This document shows positions 1-13,378 of a stretch of 64,000 bases of DNA, one piece after another. Positions within the stretch are counted from its first letter, which is position 1; every line of letters starts with the position of its first letter. A model generated the notes under the pieces. The model did no database searches, was not told the DNA's origin, and worked only from the letters and a program-made list of their open reading frames with translations. This DNA comes from Octopus sinensis (taxonomy: Eukaryota). Both the position numbers and the translations under genes were made by a program. The stretch spans positions 3,594 to 67,593 of the forward strand of contig NW_021836314.1 of the NCBI RefSeq assembly GCF_006345805.1, read 5' to 3'.

Positions 1-890
1 AGCTATCAGCCTTAAGAAGACCAACATCATGGGTCAGGCTACATCGGACAAGAGGTGGAGAAGTTTACCTATCTGGGCTCTACCGTCACCTACAACCTAT
101 CCCTTGACGCTGAGCTCAATATACGCATTGGCATTGCAAGGCAGCTGCGCGATGGCCCAACTCTCCAACGGACTTGGGACAACAATAAGCTGACCAAGAC
201 CACAAAATAAGATCTACCAGGCATGTGTACTCAGCACTCTACTGTATGGAAGCGAGACCTGCGCTATACACACGCCAAGAGCGTCGCCTAAACATCTTTC
301 ACCTGCGCTGCCTCCGAAAAATCCTCCACATCAAATGGCAGAATCATATCCCCAACAAAGATGTCCTCAGGCAAGCAGGAATACACAAGCATGTTTGCAC
401 TCCTCACACAAAACGTATGAGATGGCTTGGGCTGTTAGCCGTATGAAAGATGGCAGAATCCCCAAGGACATACTCTAACGGAGAGCTTGCTAGCGGTACC
501 AGGTCTGTGGGTAGCCGATCTTACGTTACAAGGATGTTTGCAAAAGGGACATGAAGGCCTGCAACATCAACATTAGCGGTTGGGATGCAGTCGCCGGCAA
601 CCGTGGAGAATGGCGTCGTACAGTAAAGAGTATACAGAGGAGTGACAGAAGAGAGAGGAGAAATGGAAAGAAAGGAAGAGACATGAACAAGAGACCATGG
701 CACTACAACCAGCCAGGAACAGTCTTCGCTACATTTGCAGTACCTGCCAGAGGGAGTGTTTGTCCAGATAGGACTACACAGCCACAGCAAGAAATGTAAC
801 AGGAAATAAAATATAACAGCCGGACTAGACCTAGAAAAAAAAAAAATGCGCAACTCCATTGTCTCCCGAGACGAAAGGATGCCAAACAAT
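1..890 (+). mobile_element. RTE-clade (BovB-like) LINE, 3' portion, decayed
   Basis: Frameshifted peptides VEKFTYLGS, ERRLNIFHLRCLRKILHIKWQ..IPN.DVL, RMKDGRIPKDIL, LRYKDVCKRDMK and a C-terminal C..C...H...C remnant. Confidence 0.88.
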
Positions 891-963
891 ACATGCGATA
901 AAATCGAATGTTTGGAACAAAAGCAAATAAATTTGAATAAATGTGCTAGAAGCATTTGCTTAC

Positions 964-1016
964 CCACAGTCTTCAACTCTAAATGTTCCCGTCACGGTTG
1001 AAAGGTCATGCTCCAT
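964..1016 (-). CDS. Downstream exon MEHDLSTVTGTFRVEDCG; gene continues beyond window
   Basis: cttttgcag acceptor (phase 0), open frame, GG|gtaagc donor (phase 2); no stop codon reached. Confidence 0.6.
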
Positions 1017-1245
1017 CTGCAAAAGCCGGATGTATATATATATAAATATATTATATATAATATATATATATATATATTATATATATAATATATATATATA
1101 TATATAATATACATACATTAATGAAAGAAACTGAGTTTGATTTAAAAGTCGTTGAGATGTATTGAAAAATAGATAAAGAATATTTTATTCTGAAACGCAG
1201 GATAATGCTAATGATATAACGTGAACCGGATGAAATATCCATAAT

Positions 1246-1424
1246 TTGCAGAAAAATCTGTCGGCGGCCAGCTATGTGACTACACCTCACACCCCTGTGA
1301 TTACGCTTTAAGTGCTTTACCATTAAGCTAAACTGCGCGAACGACAAATACTTCTGCAAAGTTAGGCTATATACATCTAGCTTTATAAGACGCGTAATCT
1401 GGCCGCCGACAGAGTTTTCGGCAA
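1246..1424. mobile_element. Short MITE-like element with ~26-bp terminal inverted repeats
   Basis: ttgcagaaaaatctgtcggcggccag ... ctggccgccgacagagttttcggcaa. Confidence 0.65.
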
Positions 1425-2005
1425 CAGGTGAATACTTTATCCTGTTCATGCTATACTATTAGCATCATCCTGCGTTTGAGAATATAATTATATATAAATA
1501 TATTAGCTTGACACTCGGTAAAGTGGGGGAAATGAGAGGGTTTTTAATGTTCCGAGCATATCTCTTTTTCAGAAAGGAAAACGAAAATGTTGAGAAGAAA
1601 AATATTACCAAAAGGAAGTGTGTGTGTGTGTAAACATAAGATTAGTGATATTTTTGAGTAGGATTTTATTTACTGTCAGAATCGGAAATTATATCACGGA
1701 ATATATTAAGACAAAATAGTGGATAGAACAGTCTTTTTATTGACCAGCAAAAATTCAGTAAGTTAAAAAAGAAAGTTTTATGTAATAGTTTACTATCAGT
1801 AAATGGAGTTGAATGTCTGAATTTCATGAAACCTCACTATTTATTTGACGTTTCACATTTCTTCTATAAAATATGCATGTGTGTGTGTGTATGTGTGCGT
1901 GAGAGTGTGTATTTGTATGCATGTTGCGCATGTTCAGTGCATATGTGTGCGCGCATGTGCGTCTGTGTACGGAGAAAGAGAGAGAGAGGGCAGATATCTA
2001 CTCAC

Positions 2006-2087
2006 GGCTCTTGATATGTTCTCAGCGGGGATTTTATATTCGTTGAACTTTTTAAAATCAAACGAAATACGAGGGATTTGGTCCAGC
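2006..2087 (-). CDS. Downstream exon, probably (G)WTKSLVFRLIFKKFNEYKIPAENISRA
   Basis: ttttctatatcaatccatag acceptor, gtgagt donor. The frame requires one extra base here and one at the end of the previous exon. Confidence 0.6.
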
Positions 2088-2500
2088 CTATGGATTGATA
2101 TAGAAAATAATCTCTGCTTTTATAAATGAGACACACGTCATAGATGCACATAAAACCCACATACGTAGATAAAAATATACATTTATAATCACATATACAC
2201 TTAAAATACTATATATATATATATATTATTCTTATTCTACCTATTATATACGTTTTTTATTATTATTATTATTATTTGCAATTTACTTAAGCATTGACAT
2301 TTAATTATTATTTATTTTTTATATTTCTATTATATGTAATTTTCTAGATGGTGTAATTTAATTGTTCATTTTGAATTGATAAAAAGTGTTTTTTTTTATT
2401 TTATTTTTTATATACAATCTTATAATGTGTGAAATTTGATTTAGTATTTCTAATTTAATTTTTCCCTTGTAAGTTTGGATTTTATTCACTCAAATAATAT

Positions 2501-2578
<78 letters not shown>

Positions 2579-3076
2579 TTATCATTCTTCCCTTCTTCCT
2601 GTCGCTCTCTTCGTGTATCGGCTATCAATGCCTGCACGTGGATGATTGGTTCCATACATCGTTAGGACCTTTCTTGACTTCCTGTCCAACTCCTTTAGCT
2701 TCTCCTCCGTCCACTTCAGTTTTCCAGCATCATTCCGAACTACTGCTACTGACTGCGTGCGAGTTTATCGCCGAAATTATGTTCCAGGCATTCAGCTTTC
2801 TAACCAATTTTTGCTCACTCGCCAAAAGTGCTCTCTTTTACTCTTTTCCTTCATGTCGTGGTGTTTATTTCCATCTGTGAGTGTGTGTGTGTGTTAGAGA
2901 GAGAGAGGGGGGGAGAGGGAGAGAGGGAGAGAGAGCATTGCAAACAGTATATATATACACACACACGTATACACATCAAAATATTTTCCCGTATATTAAT
3001 TACTATAAATATTCTTATTAACTATCAATTTGTAATAAACTTGTTAGTGTTTATTTAGACAATAAATAACACTTAC

Positions 3077-3259
3077 CAATGAAATCATTCTGTTACACAA
3101 GTGTCCGACGCAACAACCAGTACAAGACGTGCCATTCGTCCGTTTATTGCATGTAAGGGTATTGTTTCTCATAGCTTCAACACATTTTCTGTATGTGCTG
3201 CAGGACCTTTCAGTCTTCAGTTTAGCACCGTTCATTGATATTGCGAATCGGCATACAGG
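3077..3259 (-). CDS. Ly6/uPAR-like domain exon 2, PVCRFAISMNGAKLKTERSCSTYRKCVEAMRNNTLTCNKRTNGTSCTGCCVGHLCN...
   Basis: tattattacag acceptor, gtaagt donor. Contains RSC and the CCxxxLCN motif characteristic of Ly6/uPAR/three-finger folds. Confidence 0.85.
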
Positions 3260-5220
3260 CTGTAATAATAGATATGAAAATTATACACTACAACAACAAT
3301 ATTTATTAGGACGATTACTGCTAATTACAGCAACAACAACAGAAACAACACCACTGGGGATGTTTACCATGCAAGTAAGTTTAATCATTGCTTTAAAATA
3401 CCCAAAAGCAATAAATGAAACCGTAAAAGAGTTGCCGAATTGTTGAAAGTTAACAGCATAAGTAAAATTCCGTAAAAGTTATTGCTATTTAGTATTCAAA
3501 AATCATGTTTTAAATGCTTACAGTGTCCAAACCTCTCGGATCACAAGGAGATATGGCCATCGGATCACGGTCTGTATCAAAACCGCATCGCACTGTCACC
3601 CATTGCCCAACTTAAAATAGGTTAAATTATCCTAATAAAGATGTATCAATTCTCTAAAATTTCTTCTTACTGGAGGAATGCTCAAGAGGAATTTTTCATA
3701 TAAAATTTACGGAAAATCATGCGTACAAAACTCACCAACAAGAGAAACTAATATGCCTTTACCCAAAGATGAAAATGAAATATAATTGTCAGATTGAACT
3801 CCTCAGTCCAAGCAAATAAAACAGAAAATACATAAAACGAACACAAGAGAAACTTCGTTTTATTTTGCAAGTATATTTTATATGAAAATACGGTATATTA
3901 GTATAAAATTTGGAGAGAAAACAACCAAGGTCTTGTTAACTTAATAAGGGACATTCTGAAAACGAAAAATATCAGAAATGGAGAAGAATATTTAAGAAAA
4001 GAATCCATCACGAAAACGCAATTAATAATCGCAAACACCTAACAATAATAAAAGCAATGAAAATGTAGACATTGAAGTTAGAAATAAGATTTGCATTGCC
4101 TTAGTTTGAAATTGAAACTTGTTTCTTCCAATGTTGGAAAAGTTTTAGAAAGAAAATTGGATCTCCCAAACTGAGTGAGGATGTCATGAAAAAATAACCA
4201 ATGATAGTGTCCGAAGGCTGGCGTCTTCAAAAGAGCCAATGGAGTCGGTGATTGCAAATGAATGAATCATTACATAAGCTAACTCAGCTTCAAGAAAACA
4301 GAAAGGTCTGAGATCAGAACAGACAATGAAACAGGCAACAGATTGCAGCCATGCTCTTATGTCACGCTCTATTCTCCTATATTCTCGTAATGTGAAGCAT
4401 TGATCTGTGACATTACCGGTGTCTTTTATTGTTTCTCTTGTGTTTCTTTCACCAATGTACAACTGTGTATTCAGAGATATGCCTGACAATTTTAATTTGT
4501 GTTTTAGCTGCGTTTTAAAGTTATAGGTTTTACCTTTCTGTGAAACAATATGACCCCCACCTATTATGTTCTGGAGAGCTTATTGTACTACTTGATGTGA
4601 GGGAAGATTTAATCTGTTTCGAATATTTCATAACCTCGTATATCAAACAACCTCTTTTGCTATGGCCAGCAGATGAAGGAAAAGTCTCATTTGCTTCTTA
4701 ACTTATTCAATCCGCTCCCTGTAATGTTTGCGAACTGGTAGGGCCAGGTTCGACTTCCAGTTACCCCTCTAAGGTTGGTGACCCGAGGTCATTCGACAAG
4801 GAACCTTGATTCCAAGTTGACTTATAGCCACATACATTCATGCATCCTACTCTAAGGACAGCCATGTTTGTCGGAGAAAGGTCACTCTAAGTTCGTGTGT
4901 TCGTTTCTTGAATAGGTATTCCTGGACAGGGTAGAACGTTGCGTCCTTGAACAAGGCACTTCATTTCACTTTGTCCCAGTCTAATCAAGTGAAATGTGTC
5001 CCAACCTAGTGATGTTCATCTATTTCTTCTCTTCAATCGTCACATCCTTCTCGTCCCATTGAGTCATGAATAAGAAGATCGACAGGGTGTGTGTATGTCT
5101 ACGCAGGCGCATAAAAAAAACTAGCGAAAGCATAGTACAATCTATGTGGCCTTAATGGCTTTCGAGTGACGGTTGTGGATATATTTTAACGAAAAGGAAG
5201 AAAGTAATATTCCAGTTTAC

Positions 5221-5310
5221 CTCTGTTCCTGGACAGCTTGTCACTTCATTCATTGCATATGATTCCTGAACATGTTTGACACTGTAAATTCCGTTGAAAT
5301 AACGAGTAAT
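5221..5310 (-). CDS. Ly6/uPAR-like domain exon 1, (N)YSLFQRNLQCQTCSGIICNE..EVTSCPGTE
   Basis: tattctgtag acceptor in phase 1 matches the LRRCT donor; LxCxxC start is typical of LU/three-finger domains; gtaaac donor. One frameshift near 5250 as assembled. Confidence 0.78.
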
Positions 5311-5879
5311 CTACAGAATACAAGTAAATATCTGTATTTATGAACCAAATAATGCAATGCATAGCAATAACAAGAAATATTTTCTTTCAGATGTAAAAAC
5401 AAATGTATGCGTGTTAGTATTGAATCAATACATGTTAGACATATAAAGCAAATTATTAACAAAGACTATAAACCTATTTTCATGTTCATTCGGAAACGTT
5501 TCAATAATGTCACAAATTCAACTGAGAGAAGCATGAAAGCCACTTGTTGTCCTTTTAGTATTCTGATGTAACAAACACGTGAAAATCGTTGAACAAGTCA
5601 AATAAAGGGATTAAATTTGTAAGTTGCAACCATTGATGCAGTGGGAACTCCCTAATGAAACCTGAGAATCTCATTTAAGTTATGCTGCAATGTCATATAG
5701 TATGTGAAGAAGGCCATAATATGTGAAGTGAGCAAAACAATATTTGGATAAACAATAAAAATTATGATCACTAATATTGTGCTTTTTCCAATATACACAC
5801 ATTTATGTATGTATGTATGTATGTATGTATGTATGTATGTATGTATGTATGTATGTATGTATGTATGTATGTATGTATG

Positions 5880-5904
<25 letters not shown>

Positions 5905-5911
<7 letters not shown>

Positions 5912-6045
5912 GGTTTTAGTTGCCAATCCTGTAAAATACATTGTAGATATTTAGCTGGGCTAAAAAGTCACATTCGATCACAGCACCAGTAACAGTTAAG
6001 CTTCGTCCAATGGCCATACTCGGTAACAAGGGGGCAGCCATAATA
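5905..6045 (+). mobile_element. RTE-like LINE extreme 3' fragment
   Basis: CQSCKIHCRYLAGLKSHIRSQH zinc-knuckle-like end followed by a short 3' UTR, embedded in (TATG)n. Confidence 0.5.
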
Positions 6046-6089
6046 ATACATGTATGTATTATGTATGTATGTATGTCATTATTCACTGT

Positions 6090-7700
6090 TATTTCAAGAT
6101 TTCTTGGCAATAGAGAAGGAGAGAGTTTCTATCCTACACCTACGGCTCCTTCATTGGAATTTCAACAACATCAATATTGCCATCATCTCGGAACTTTCTA
6201 CCAACATATCCATGCATAGTCTCCTGTTTATAGATACTCATCTGTTCATCTAATGATACGTTGCGGTAGAGTCGTGCGACATCTTTGAGCATGTATTCTG
6301 TTATCAGATAAGGAATGTTGCTCAAGGAGCTGCCTTCCAAGTCATATGAATTATGCAAACTTGGTCAAAGGATGCACTTTGACATTTGTGGTTATAAGAT
6401 GTTACCGAAAGGATATGATACGACATTCAAAGACATTTTGCATCGATGTTAAGCCCCTGCCGCCTTGTTTTCGTTTTAAGGAGAGGGGGTCTACTTTACC
6501 GTTTATGTGGAAATTATGTGTACTTGTCAGTATTTTCCGGGTTTTCACATAAACAGCTCGGATCTCATCAAGTGACCAATAAAACAGCCCAAATGTCAGT
6601 ATGAGTACTTGCACAGCAAACACGTTTGTGGGCAATGTTTTATTGAATGCATAGATTTCTGAGGTCGAAATTTTATTTATTCAGCTGTAATGTTCTTTGT
6701 TTATACTTTAATGACACCTGTAAGTTAATGGTACCTGTAAAAAAGCACTTGTTTTGTTACAGGTGCTGTTATGAGATATATTTTCAACCACCCCTAGATA
6801 TCTGTAACATTCCTCTTCAGATATAGGGGAAACTGTCAGGTCATTGATGGCGATGTTGCTAGTCTGGTTTACATTTTTCGCCCTTTTCACAACCATATAA
6901 CATTTATCCTGAACAAACGCCAACCCAACATTTTTTGAGAATGTTGTAACTTGGTCAAGGCTCTTTTTCATCTCATCCATATTCTTTGCATAAAGTTTTT
7001 AAGTCATTCACAAAGAAACAGCGTTCAATTTTGTAATTTCTGTTTCCTTTTGAACCAATGAGATATCCTTAACATGAATGACATGAGGTTTACAGAAAGT
7101 ATAAACAACATCATAACGAGGTTGTCCCCTTGGAATATGCCTTTGCGATATTGTATTCTGTCAGTGATAATAGTCACTCTTTGTGTTTAATTTCATGATG
7201 GTGGCTCACAATGGAATCAGGTCAGCTATGGCTTTGATTATGCCTCACTGGAAATTTACCAAGCTGAAGGACTTCTAGCATCCATGAGTGTGTATGTATG
7301 TACGTATGTACGTATGTATGTATGTATGTATGTATGTATGTATGTATGTATGTATGTATGTATGTATGTATGTACGTATGTATGTGTATGTACGTATGTA
7401 TGTATGTATATCTGTATGTATGTATGTATGTATATGTATGTATGTATGTATGTATGTCCGTATGTGAAAATGTATGTATGTATGTGTGTGCGTATGTACA
7501 TACATATACATACTGACTCATATATTTTCTCGAGTGATGTGCTTCATCGGACTCCATTTTAAGTCTGTCATTTGGAACCTTCGCTGTTTATGCCGGATTC
7601 TTCTCTGTTGTAAACAATCAAGGCTGGTCTTTGGTTTCAGGATATCTTCCTACTTTCCCCCAACCAATCACAGCAGCCTTCTGAATGATCATGAGCATTG
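6090..7700 (-). mobile_element. R4/Dong-like non-LTR retrotransposon RT fragment, decayed, split by (TATG)n
   Basis: Minus-strand GIFQG, YRYLGVVEN and L.LKRKQGGRGLTS motifs with many stops and frameshifts. Confidence 0.75.
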
Positions 7701-8714
7701 ACTGTCTTCCTGGCTAAGCGCTAAATATATACTTTACCTCTCTACTTTACTCTCTCTACTTTTTCTTCTCTCTCTCTCTCCTCCGCAGCATCACTCTTAC
7801 CAACCCACATCCTCACATTATTTGTCCCTCCGCCCACATTTACACTTTATACACACTTCACACGCTAGACCACAGTTTCTACCTACACATCTCACTTCGG
7901 TAGCACAGTTACTCTCTGCACACTTTATTACACACAAAGACAAACACACACACACACACACATACACACAACTTTGTCCCATTGGATATTCTACATTTGA
8001 CACACACATACAAATGCATACACACTCGTACATAGACTCATACATATTCCCTCACGCCACTCACTCTTCAAACACATACACACCTCACACACACATACCC
8101 ATACTCACAAGTGCTGCCCTCACACATTCACTTTTGCACCCAACGTTTTGCTTTGTATCTCTAAACCACTCACTTCTCTCTCTCTCCCTCCTCCTCCTCC
8201 TCCTTTTTCCTCCCACTACTGCTTGGCTCCTACTAACAGTTTACCTCCCCTATACGCACACATACCGCACCCTTCTTCTCTCCCTTTCCATTCGTGTTCA
8301 CTCTTCTTCGAATAAAACCACTTTTGCTCTTCTCTCCTTCTTTCGTCAGCCATTTTCTGTCTCTCACTTAACCCATGTGTACCAACCCTTTGCTTGTACA
8401 GTTTACATTATTTGACCTTCATGAAGTGTGCCATCTTTTTCAGACAATTTACATTACTGAATGTTTTGCCTGCATTTTGCCCTTTCTTGTCTTGGTATTT
8501 GATCTTCTGAAGCAACTTTTCTCTCTTATTCGATTTTTATCCTATAGATTCTACTGCAACTGTCCATGTCACGTTTGCTGACTTTACAGTGTTCCCAGAG
8601 CATTGAACAGCAGTGATGGTGTCTGAATTGTGGTAACCGTCATGAATTATCATGAATACAGGTTTCTCTCTTCCAATATTTAGATGGCTTTCAAGGCGGC
8701 AAGCTGGCAGAAAC

Positions 8715-8900
8715 GTTAACACACCGGGCGCAAAGCTTAGCAGTATTTCGTCTGTTTTTTCACGTTCTGTGTTCAAATTCCACAGAGGTCGACTTTGCTT
8801 TTATCCTTTCGGGGTAGCAGTTGCGTACTGGGGTCGATCCAATCGACTGGCCCTCTCCCCCCAAATTTCATGCCTTGTGCCTAGAGTAGCAAAGAATATT
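8715..8900 (+). mobile_element. SINE-like interspersed repeat; related copies ~12640-12800, 41265-41450, 49690-49815, 53080-53205, 61730-62110
   Basis: Recurrent motifs gagttcaaat...tttgcctttcatcc...gggtcgat...aatcgac...caaaattt..ggccttgtgcct in multiple dispersed copies. Confidence 0.65.
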
Positions 8901-9990
8901 AGATGGCTTCCAGTCCGCCATATCAGCTTTTTTCTCAGCTACAACTTTATGCTCTCTAACGCCTTTGCTTACCAATACACTACGTTTTCCTTAATATAAT
9001 GGGACATAAAATCGTTATATTTAATACCGACACTCTGTATATCCATCCATCTACCATCTTCAACGCTCATTATTCCTGGGAGGGTCATGAGGACATCTGG
9101 TGCCTCAGGTACCTCCTGCATAGGGTACTATCAGAGGCAACTGCCAATACGCATACTGATTGGATTCTCAAGCATGACCAAATGAGGCTATGGATATTTT
9201 CTAGCTATCACTTTTTGGTGGTCTAACTCTACATTCCCTGCTGTTTTTCATCATTTTAAAGAATCGATCTTGCGATTTTGTCATGTGACATCCTAATCGC
9301 ATGTCCGCATTACCGGAAATGTAGTGGCACAATACGGAAAAGTACCGACCTGATCTGGAGAGACTCCCTCATCTCCAAGGTACACACTGTGTCGAGTAAG
9401 CTACTCCAGTTTTTTCGGAGGAATCCCATTTCGTCGGCCGCTTCTCTGTTTGAGATCAGACTCTTTCAGTCGTTAGCCAATATTCATGACAACAGATGAG
9501 AATGGGCACGAAACCCAAACTGAAGATAGTGTGTTTGGCTTTGTTACCAAGTTGTCCTCTTCTGGGGATCGAATACTGGAACATTTTTTTGTATCTCGGG
9601 AGGGTCATTAAGCCAATAAAAAACACACGTACTGGTTCTATTTCACTCATTCATTATTCGTCACTTTGTTAACAATTTGTTAACGAATTAACTAAATGAA
9701 TGTTTGATTAACCGTTTGGTTAACCTATCAACCAGTTATGGTTGTTAGCGACATTTTGTTGTGTGTGTGTGTGTGTGTGTGCTGTTGATGGTTGTGTGAT
9801 ACAGTTGAATCTATAAGTTCGTTAGAGAGAAGATGTGAATGTAAAGCGTGCGAATGGTAAAACGTTTATTCCTCATATCTTTATCTATAGTTTCCCTTTC
9901 ATAAGACATGATATTGCAAGCTTCAGAGAATAACCCGGATTTTCTTAGTATTAATAATAAAAGAAAAGAAGAAACGAGAATTTTACTTAC

Positions 9991-10148
9991 TTTGACATTG
10001 CGAATAATCCAGTATAGGTATTCGTTTCCCTGAGCCTTCCTGACACGTGCCAGAGACAGCAACAGTTCTGTTATAGACTTTTTTAATATACTTAACGAAG
10101 GCTGGCAAGTGACATCCACACTTCATAAGGTTATTGTTTTCGAGGTAA
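9991..10148 (-). CDS. LRR C-terminal cap (LRRCT) exon, YLENNNLMKCGCHLPAFVKYIKKVYNRTVAVSGTCQEGSGKRIPILDYSQCQ
   Basis: L..N...CxCxL..F...C...C LRRCT cysteine pattern; ttattattacag acceptor (phase 2) and gtaagt donor (phase 1); 158 nt, open. Confidence 0.9.
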
Positions 10149-10752
10149 CTGTAATAATAAAGAGAACTCTGAATGCGTTTCAGATCAACAGAGAAATTCC
10201 TATGTGATTTGACAAGAAACAAAGATTATAAAATTTGAGCAGGTTTATAAACGCTATGGCATTCATTTTTTTAAGTGTTGTTAATAACATCAATATTGCG
10301 AAATGGTTTCTAGTAGAAAGTGGAAGCACTAAGGTTCTTTTCTCTTTTAGCTTAGATATTGAATAATAAAGTACCTTTAAATAAGATTACTAGCCACTTG
10401 AAACGATTCTATTTTATTGTAGTTTAGGGATATTTTAGTGTCGGGAATTTGGTGGTAGGGATCTTGCGCCGCTCTGTCTGAGAAAACTCGTTTAGACGGG
10501 CGGTTTTGGCGCTAAGAAGGTCGTGTTTATTCTATGTAGCAACTGGTTTTAAAACTAGAGACGTACCAGCGCAGAAACTGAGAGATTACAGTGTTGTACA
10601 TTTTATAGCTTCAGCGGTACAGACATGTATAGTAATACTCCTAATTAAGAAGGGGAAAATTAATATTCAATTTTGATATATCAATTTGAATATTTTCAGT
10701 CAATAATAAATCTCTGAACGAGATGTAAACAGTAACGGCTCGACAACGTAAA

Positions 10753-11078
10753 GTATAATAGCCATCTCAATGTTGCTAACCACAAAGGGTGGGTGTTACT
10801 ATAGCTTTTAACCCCAGGAGATCATCGTCAACGCAGGGTATTCACCGGTTTACGATCGTAAACCGGTGATTACCGTGCGTTGACAAGAGGCAAATACCTC
10901 GAAACTGCGGTCCGTGCGTATCACTTAGGCTTATGAGAGAGGGATGACCTCCCTTTGCAAATACCATAAGGGCACAGATAGTGTGCCTAAAGCCAGCTGG
11001 AGACGATGATCTCCTGGGGTTACAAGCTACAGTAACACCCACCGTTAGTGGTTAGCCATATTGAGATGGATATTATAC
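10753..11078. mobile_element. MITE/foldback element with ~75-bp TIRs and an internal hairpin
   Basis: gtataatagccatctcaa...ccccaggagatcatcgtc pairs with gacgatgatctcctgggg...ttgagatggatattatac. Confidence 0.8.
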
Positions 11079-11199
11079 AATATTTTCAGTGTTTTTAAAA
11101 AAGAGCAACAGCAAGAACAACAGCAACAACATCAACAAAAATACAACAAAAACAACAACAACAACAAAAACAACAAAACAATAATAATAATAATTACAC

Positions 11200-11410
11200 A
11201 ACCATGACTATTTGAAGTGAGAAATAGAAGGTTGTTGACAATGAAGAGAGTAGAGGTGATACCAGTAGTAATTGGTACATTTGGAAGTATTAGCACTCAA
11301 CTCCCAGCATGACTGAAAACAATTGGTACAAGTGTGAAGGTAGAACACCTAAAAGAAATCAGTATTGCTTGGAACGCAAGAATTCTTCGTAGGGTTCTTG
11401 AAGTATAAAC
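11200..11410 (+). mobile_element. R4/Dong-like LINE 3' (restriction-like endonuclease) fragment
   Basis: RVEVIPVVIGTFGSI motif, preceded by (CAA)n and followed by (GAT)n microsatellites. Confidence 0.6.
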
Positions 11411-11465
11411 AGTAAACAAGTAACACTTTCCATCAAACCCAGAAAAGTAAGCTGTGAGTTTTCAT

Positions 11466-11498
<33 letters not shown>

Positions 11499-12499
11499 AT
11501 GATGGTGATGATTATGATGGTGATGGTGATGATAATGATGATGATGATGATTATGATGGTGATGATTATGATGATGATGGAGGTGATGATGATGATGATG
11601 ATGAGGAGGAGGAATACATTCTTTAAATGAGAATGCATGGACAGTTTGAAAAGAATAAACAGGATGTTAAGGATAATACAGCATCGTGGGCATGGCTTGA
11701 GCGAAGTGATTTGAAGCGTACCACTGAAAGCCTGATCATTGTTGCATAAGACCAGGCTCTCGCTGCCTCATTGGTCTGCCTCATTCGCTGTGTATTGACC
11801 AAAACCAAATAATCCATTGATGAGGAGGTCATCCGATAATCCCTAAAGCCAAAAACCTCTCAGTTCAATTGTCTTATGTCTGAGTAGAAATTAGAGGGAA
11901 AATGAATAAAAGAAGGTTTAACCTTCTCATTTGACCATTCACATGCAATCATAGACATCTTCATACACATTCAAGCATGAATATGGTAGTAGAAAGTAAA
12001 GTTAGAGTTACAGAGAGAGAGAGAGAGAGAGAGGGGGTATGAATGTAATCCATTCACACCACTCTGTACTACAAACTGCAGTAGATTTATTAGAGAGGAG
12101 AAATGAGAAAATGATAATTGAAAATACAGATACCAAATAAAATTAGGTAGGATGTGGTTAGAGAATATATAAATGGCATACTAGATTTAGAGGATATTCT
12201 AGATATAGATGATATGCTATTGAATTATTGAATATGATTTTCAGAAGAGAATATTCTGAACCTTTTAGGAATTTTGCTACATCGTAATGCAATTCTATAA
12301 TGTTCTGATAAATACAATTTTGAAATAGTCTGCTTGTATACCTCCCAACCTCTAATACTGCGCAAACGTTGTTAGTTTTTTACTATTTGTCTCCCTTAAA
12401 AGGTTCTCCATTCCAAGCAGTGTGGTTAAGCTTTAATAGGGATAGGATCGTGTTAAATTTCCCTCTCTTTCTTTACCTCTCCACACACACGTGTATATA

Positions 12500-12540
<41 letters not shown>

Positions 12541-13308
12541 TAACACAGAAGAATGGAGATATCATACACATTGAATCAGATTGGCAAATCACAAAATCTT
12601 GCGATACAGTAATACTGCGTATTAATCGGCCCTTTAGTTACAGGGTGTTCTCTTTTCATGTTCTGAGTTCAAAATTTGGAGGACGATTTTGCCTTTCATC
12701 TTTTTGGGGTCGATGAATTAAGTACCAGCCGAGCACTAGGGTGGATGTAATCGACAAGCCCCCAGCCACAAAATTGCAGGCCTTGTGCTTATCGTAGAAA
12801 GAATATTTTAGCCCCTTGATTACCAAATTACCAAATGGCTTCGTGGTAGAAAAACAGAGGCAAATACAGCAATCATCAGAAATATTTGAATGGAATTTTT
12901 GTGGTTCTTATTCCTTCTGATAACTCCGTTGTCATAAGGATATAATAAGTAATAACAATATATATATATGTGTGTGTGTGTGTATGCTTATATATGCACA
13001 TACGCATACACACACAGGAAAATTTATATATGTGTGCATGAAGGTTTGTATGTAGGCCACTCTCTCGACTCCAGTTAATTATGAGTATTTATAAACATGG
13101 GGTAAACTAGATCAAACCAACCTTCTGATATTTGAACATAATCTTTTCGATAATAAAACACAGTGCTCGGAAATCATGTTGATCCACTGAAATTTAAATC
13201 AACTCATTGTTGTTTATTACCAACAACATTTAACGAGGAATTGAGAATTTTATGACCTCATTTTTATTTTTTTCATTTTCCTATAACCCAAAAAACTGTT
13301 TTGCTTAC

Positions 13309-13378
13309 ATTTTAACTATGCTGGGAAGAATAAGAAGCGCCATCTTCATATTTTTCTATTGGGTTGCTGTTCAAATAT
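13309..13378 (-). CDS. Terminal unique LRR exon, YLNSNPIEKYEDGA(FLF)LPSIVK(I)
   Basis: tctctttttcag acceptor, gtaagc donor. 70 nt as assembled; adding one T to each of two T runs restores a 72-nt LRR. Confidence 0.8.

Noticed and set aside
4184-4489. 101-aa ORF with LYIGE, a possible GIY-YIG remnant
   Set aside because: Only one short motif; insufficient to call.
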